Below are positions 57,926 through 64,000 of a stretch of 64,000 nt of DNA, piece after piece. Location of the stretch: positions 37,200,001 through 37,264,000 of the forward strand of contig OX597831.1 in NCBI GenBank assembly GCA_951406725.2. Reading direction: 5' to 3'. Position 1 is the stretch's first letter, and every line of letters begins with the position of its first letter. This stretch comes from Octopus vulgaris (taxonomy: Eukaryota). Below the pieces are notes generated by a model. It worked only from the letters and a program-made list of their open reading frames with translations. It was not told where the DNA came from and ran no database searches. The translations under genes and the position numbers were made by a program.

Positions 57926-58598
57926 GGAATGGTTTTGTGTGTTTTTTAAATGGCTTATAAACACCTTCCACGCTGCAATTACTTTTCTTTCAGCACACAA
58001 TCTCAGATCAAGTCACTTGCTATGCAAGTACATCCCCGTAATTTATTTTATTATAAATGCAAAACAACACCACAGAGGAATCGATGTAAGCTTAAATAAT
58101 AAACCGTGATAGGTGAACCGCGATATGGTGAGGAATGACTGTATTGACTAATCCATATATACGTACAAAGAAACATGCATTTTTCATCCATTCATGCATA
58201 GGCACATACATGAATTCCAACACATATATATATATATATATATATACATTCATATAAATACAGAAATACATGCTGAGATTTATGCAAAACGCAAACACTC
58301 ATGCGTTTATTCATACATACATACATAAATACATACATACATACATACATACATACATACATACATACATACATACAAACATACATGCATGCATACATAC
58401 AAACATACATACATACATACAAACATACATACATACATACGTACATACATACATACATACATTCATACATATCTCTTAAAAGGTTTTGCTTTTATCATCG
58501 AAGAGCTTGAAATAGCTGCAGTTAATACTTTCGGTTTATCTAAATAGATCACAGTTTCACTGAAACCAAATCTTTATCCCAGCTTCACGGTGATATAT

Positions 58599-59016
58599 TT
58601 ACTCTTTTACTCTTTACTCTTTTACTTGTTTCAGTCATTTTGACTGCGGCCATGCTGGAGCACCGCCTTTAGTCGAGCAAATTGACCCCGGGACTTATTG
58701 TTTGTAAGCTCAGTACTTATTCTATCGGTCTCTTTTGCCGAACTGCTAAGTAACGGGGACATAAATACACCAGTATCGGTTGTCAAGCAATGCTAGGGGG
58801 ACAAACACAGACACACAAACATACACATACACATATATATATATACATATATACGACAGTCTTCTTTCAGTTTCCATCTACCAAATCCACTCACAAGGCA
58901 TTGGTCGGCCCGGGGCTATAGCAGAAGACTCTTGCCCAAAATGCCACGCAGTGGGACTGAACCCTGAACCATGTGGTTGGTTAGCAAGCTACTTACCACA
59001 CAGCCACTCCTGCGCC
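58599..59016 (-). mobile_element. tRNA-headed SINE family A, full-length copy
   Basis: Minus strand: GGCGCAGGAG-TGGCTGTGTGG (A box)...GGTTCAGTCCC (B box), CATTTTGGGCAAGAGTCTTC core, internal (TA/TG)n, tail GGTGCTCCAGCATGGCCGCAGTCAAAATGACTGAAACAAG(TAAAAGAG)n. Many copies in the window. Confidence 0.88.
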
Positions 59017-59649
59017 TGATTGCATGATTATAAGATTTTCCTAGATAAACCTTTAATAATCACAAATTTGTGTCTAACTGACTGCGCGACTTAGAATAAA
59101 TGCCAACATCTCAGTTCGAACCTCGGCCAAAATTTTTAACTTTGCATTCAACATAGTCTTCATTACAAACTGAATATAATAGAAAACGATTTTCTTTAGT
59201 CCAGATTATGAGATTCGATAAGCTCTTTATATCATATTTCTTTTAAATGCATGACCCACATAATTTGAAGGTTTTCCAAGATGGCATTCAATTATTACTT
59301 TCCAATGTGGTGTGAAGCTTTTGTTGAAACAACATACACATCTCACCTTACAAAAGAACGACAAAGCATTGAAACCATACATGTGTATATCAATACAAAC
59401 TATTTTAAAAAACACTCGCATTAAAACTGTCTGTAACTGCAAACATATCAGCTAACATATAATTGTTGAAGTCAAGAAGAAATATTGCAGCTTTTTTTTC
59501 CAGATGTCAAGTGACATATCGATATGATCATTTCTTGAAACCTCAGTAGGAAAAGAATATTCATGGAGAACAGCTTCGAAACCTATAGCTGTTCTACTCA
59601 CATTATAAATTTCCGTTTGTACTCATAATCATCGGTGTGTTTGGTTTTG

Positions 59650-60129
59650 TTAATCGTAGACCGTTTTCGTCTATTACCGAGACTTACTTAGGTAATTTTT
59701 CGTCCGCAGTCTCTTCAGTAGAACTATGCACACGTCTAATTTTACAAGGACAACTAGTGTATAGTTCTACAAATTATATTGAATTGGAACGATCGTACTG
59801 AAGAGTCTACGGACGAAAAATTACGTAAGTATTTATCGGTAATAGACGAAATCGGACTACGATTAATTCTGTATTTTTATATGTATTCAGCTGTCTTACC
59901 CGCTTATGTTCTGGTGTTTGCTGAATTTCTCTAGAGAACATTCTTTCCTTTGTAGTTAGATCGTATGTGAACTTCTTCTAGCATATTGGATGTCCACTTA
60001 GTGGTTATCCCTAAATATAGGCATGTATTACAATTTGTTTCTGAATTTTCAGATTTCTCTATATGTTAGGCTACCGCTTTTATATTGATATTAATTAAAT
60101 TAATATTAAATTTATCACCCTCGTTATTT

Positions 60130-60135
<6 letters not shown>
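59650..60135 (+). mobile_element. PLE-like non-autonomous element with inverted terminal segment
   Basis: Shares blocks with 10030-10130 and 10378-10410; 71-bp inverted repeat carrying hammerhead cores; TA-flanked. Confidence 0.55.
59792..59863 (+). ncRNA. Minimal type I hammerhead ribozyme-like motif (probably inactivated)
   Basis: ATCGTA | CTGAAGA | GTCTA..TAGAC | GAAA TCGG AC | TACGAT. Stem I is a perfect 6 bp, stem II is 5 bp, and the cleavage triplet is GAC rather than GUC. Confidence 0.7.
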
Positions 60136-60214
<79 letters not shown>

Positions 60215-61391
60215 TGTTGTGTCTGGGGAGAGCCATTTTCTTTTTGTGCCTTATAATTTAACACACTGCTAGGAACACACCAACAAAATCAAGCTAAAAG
60301 TATGCCATAGCACCTTAAGGAAGATACGTTTATATCAAATAATGTGGTCCCCGCTGTATTATAATCGAAAAATAATAGTGAACACTCAAGGTTTGAGCAT
60401 CTTTCTACATAGGTTTTCTCAACGATAGCTTAGAGATAAAGAACAACATTCATAGCTGTTCTTAAGTGGTCGTTTACCGCTGTTGTATCTGTCTTTTGAC
60501 GACGGTTGTCACTCTGACAGATATTGTTATATTCCGAAGTCATCAATATGATGGTTCTATCTGACACTGTACAGTGTTATTATATTCAAAAGGTTGGATC
60601 GTCATAAAGTCCACTCACTATCACCGTATAATTACTATATCATCACAAACACGACTATCAACACAGTCTACGCCTACTCTCGACCCTCTGACTTTCTGCT
60701 CTCGACCGGCTACTGGTCTATTTAACCTTGATCTGATTACTACCAGTTTTTACCGGGAGGGGTGCACAGTTTCACTACACAACAATAACTCTATCTCTTT
60801 CTTCTCTTCCTCTCGCTCTCTTTCTCTTTCTCTCACTCACACTGTCACGCAAACAGACACAGACTCAGAAAGTCAGGTACAAGCACAAATACAATTCACA
60901 CACACACTTGTAGCATATAATTAAAACTGTTGAATGTAAAGTTAAAATGTTGGCCAAGGTTCTGGCAGAGATATTGGCATTATCCCAAGTCGTGCAGTCG
61001 GATAGACTCAAAATTGTGTGATTATGAAAGGTTTAGCTAAGAAAATCTTACAATCATTCAATAACATATCACCGTAAAGCCGGGATAAAGATTTGGCTTC
61101 AGTGAAACTTTGATCTATTTCGATAAACCGAAAGTATTTCACCTCGTTAACTATAGTTATTTGGTGGCTTCTCTCACTGTTGCCATTTATAGTGCTTAGA
61201 TTTCGTGGATGTTTGAGCGGCATTCAGGACTTAGATACGAGCATTGCACGCAATTAGCACAGCATAGGTTGTGTGTATATAATAATTAATGTAACAGTGT
61301 GATAAACTGCAAAAATTTAGAAGAACTCGTCCAGTCCAACGCAGAAGAATATAATGAACTAACATGGATAAGAATTGTCCAAGTCAAATAT

Positions 61392-61956
61392 TAGGCTGTC
61401 CGGAAAGTTCGTGCCGATTTATAGTAGCTTATCTTTCGACTTGTTTTAGAACAAGGTTGCGTCCATTAAGTAGGATTTGGCTACAACTCCATTTAGAGCA
61501 CAGTTTAAGCTATATCTTCGTGGAAGAAGCTTTATGTTCCTCTAACATGTGTTAATTCTGTAACCCTTTAAAATGGAAGATAAGAAAGTTCATTTTCGGC
61601 ATTTGATGCTTTGGGAACCAGACAAAAATTGCTGCAGCTTGACTGGGGTGTGTTACCCCACCTTCTATATTCACCAGATATTGCTCCATCGGATTTCCAC
61701 TTTCTCAGGTCTCTGCAAAATAGTCTTAATGGTAAAAATTTCAATTGCTTGGATGATGTAAAATGATACCTTGATGAAATCTTTGCCATGAAACCACCTC
61801 AATACTGGGAAGGGCATATTTTCAAGTTAAAGGAAAGATGGAGACGTATTGTGCAAGAAAATGTTTCATATTTGCTTGATTAAAAATGTAATTTCAAGTA
61901 TCTATTGACGTTTTTCTTTCCTTTAAAAATCGGCACGAACTTCCTGGACAACCCTA
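61392..61956 (+). mobile_element. Internally deleted mariner (DD34D-type) element with both TIRs
   Basis: TIRs TAGGCTGTCCGGAAAGTTCGTGCCGATTT / rc TAGGGTTGTCCAGGAAGTTCGTGCCGATTT. MEDKKVHFRHLMLWE is joined out of frame to TRQKLLQLDWGVLPHLLYSPDIAPSDFHFLRSLQNSL...KLKERWRRIV (YSPDLAPSD mariner motif). Confidence 0.88.
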
Positions 61957-62384
61957 TATATTAACAACAGCACTCCGTATAGCGTTAATCAGTGGAGTAA
62001 TTTTTTTGATTAAAGTATGAAGATAATCATATTTATCGAGGTAAGTGTTGGCTTTAACATTACCATTCTGTGAAGCAAGGCTGTTTTGGACTCATGAGGT
62101 CTCGGGATCAAAACCACTACCTGGCATATCTTGTGTAAGTGCCTATATTATATTCACGAGATTATACAAAGCTTGCCAATGAAATTAAGTTAGTGGAAAC
62201 TGTGTGCATGCAATACGTATGAATTATACCTGTATTTCAAAGGTGCAATGTGAGAATATCACATCCAGCTAAGTCAGGTTAGAAGTTATATTGAAGTTAC
62301 ATATGTCTATCGAATACTCAACTATTTGTAAGTAAATTTAAATAGCCGGTTACTCAGGTGGTTGAAAGACAGAATCCTTATTTT

Positions 62385-62651
62385 AAACCCGACTTAGTAT
62401 TCATACATAGCTGCCCTTTGAAAATCAAATAAAAAAAGATATCTATGGACAACTACTTCGAAACGTCCAGCTTCGCTATCCAGACTATAAATTCATATTC
62501 ATACCAATAATAAATAGGAGTACTAGGTTTTGTTATTAAATGCTTAAAGGAGAATCTGGATAAAGTGGGATTTTCAAAAAGAGAAATCGACCGGCTAATT
62601 CGTACATTACAAGAGCAATATTTGTCTGTGTTAACTAAATCCCAAAGATAG
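62385..62651 (+). mobile_element. Relic 3' end of an RLE-type non-LTR element
   Basis: KPDLV...KDIYGQLLRNVQLRYPDYKFIFIPII/IGVLGFVIKCLKENLDKVGF..., resembling the PD...K.Y and PIIIGALG segments; frameshifted. Confidence 0.6.
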
Positions 62652-62829
62652 GGCCTTGTATCATTGTTGGAAACTGACTTCCTCCTCGGCGAAAGATTTA
62701 TAATAATTAAAAACTAGAAGAGACACATACAAATATACATACATATGTGTGTGTAAACGCGTGTAGGCCATGATGTGTTGTATATAACTATAAATCTCTC
62801 TCTCTCTCTCTCTCTCTCTACCTATAAAT

Positions 62830-62909
<80 letters not shown>

Positions 62910-63014
62910 ATCTATATATATATCTATATCTAATGACGTATATGTGTGTGTTATGCACGTACGTATGTATATATAAATACATACGTGCATTTGTAGAATA
63001 AAAGTACTTACATT

Positions 63015-63235
63015 TACGACAGGGTACTGAAACGTTTCTAGCTTTAAGGATATCGTGAAAGGCCTGGTTGGAGGCCCAACCTTCGAAGTTATTTTACAAG
63101 GCTCGGTAAAACTGAAGGACTGCTGCATTAAGTGTGTGAATCTGAGAGGGAGAATAGTCTGAATAAAATTATTAACAGATCTTCCTGTATTGTCTTTTAC
63201 CGAAAGCTAGGTAATCTTTAATCCTGCGAACTCAT
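63015..63235 (+). mobile_element. Short mariner-derived deletion derivative (MITE-like)
   Basis: Starts TACGACAGGG. Contains KLKDCCIKCVNLRG, similar to the mariner C-terminus KL..RW.KC...G.Y. The TIR match is weak (CTAGCTTT core). Confidence 0.45.
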
Positions 63236-63345
63236 GATTTTGCACATCTTCCTTACGAATCTTACTGAGATCGATGTTACTATTCATAACTTCCGGGAGG
63301 ACTCGGGTGCTGCAACAAATATATACGAGTCAAACATTGGTATCG

Positions 63346-63406
<61 letters not shown>

Positions 63407-63504
63407 CTTTCGGCTCAACATAATTTCTGAGTTTTGTGCTAATGCAAGAAAATATATTTTGGTTGTAAAGATTGTTTGTCAGTATAACATGGCAGTCCTG
63501 GTTT

Positions 63505-63812
63505 AGGACTAATGTTGCTGTAATTTAGCCGCAGGAGACATCGTCTCCAGCTGGCTATACGACACGATCTGTGTCCTTATATTTTCGAACAAAGCAATCT
63601 AGCACCCCCAATCAGCTCAAAACGTTATCTGTGTATCGCGATTTGTGGGTTATATCTCTTCATCAGCACAGAAAGATTGTCCGGCTAGAGGTGGCAATGC
63701 AAAATTCCCATTCGAAATACATAGTTTCAAAGTGACAAGTCATCACTGATTTATAGACGGTAATTTGGCAGCGCTACCTCTAGCCGAACAATTATTGCCT
63801 GGAATCGAACTG
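63505..63812 (+). mobile_element. Non-coding repeat-like element 'Y' ending in (AAT)n
   Basis: Ends GAATCGAACTG-AATAAT, the same ACTG-AAT junction as Dong B. Internal 14-bp inverted repeat at 63682-63695/63773-63786. Single copy in the window; the 5' boundary is uncertain. Confidence 0.4.
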
Positions 63813-63854
63813 AATAATAATAATAATAATAATAATAAAAATAATAATAATAAT

Positions 63855-63888
<34 letters not shown>

Positions 63889-64000
63889 CCACCACCAACA
63901 ACAACAACAACAACAACAATAACAATAATAATAATAATAATAATAATAACAATAACAATAACAATAATAATAATAATAATAATAATAACAACAACAACAA

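Noticed and set aside
60211-60780. Possible LTR ends (TGTTGTGTCTGGGG...; ...CACTACA)
   Set aside because: No paired LTR, PBS, PPT or gag/pol sequence in the window.

Overview
AT-rich, microsatellite-saturated animal genomic DNA with no confidently identifiable host protein-coding gene. The repeat families look like those I recognise from Octopus/coleoid cephalopods, but the species assignment is inference. Most ORFs in the supplied track are translated (TA)n, (CA)n, (AAT)n or (TATG)n tracts. The real coding signal is transposon-derived. It includes a co-oriented train of R4/Dong-type (restriction-like endonuclease, RLE) non-LTR retrotransposons and non-coding passengers inserted into an (AAT)n tract at ~43.2-49.9 kb, one carrying a nearly intact 649-aa RT-CCHC-RLE ORF. 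Further RLE tails lie at 26.5-27.2 kb and 62.4 kb. There is a full-length DD37D/maT-like relic, plus mariner, Tc1 and faint hAT relics, at least three tRNA-headed SINE families and a recent 1.16-kb tandem duplication. The most unusual signals are non-coding: several minimal hammerhead-ribozyme-like motifs in Penelope-like elements (an inverted pair at 59.65-59.87 kb and a family with a CUGUNGA core variant), a near-perfect 51-bp-arm hairpin at 51.5 kb, a SINE that appears to insert at GGTA and so nests in itself, and a non-tRNA element that shares the AAT target of Dong. All assignments come from manual motif reading; no database search or folding computation was run.
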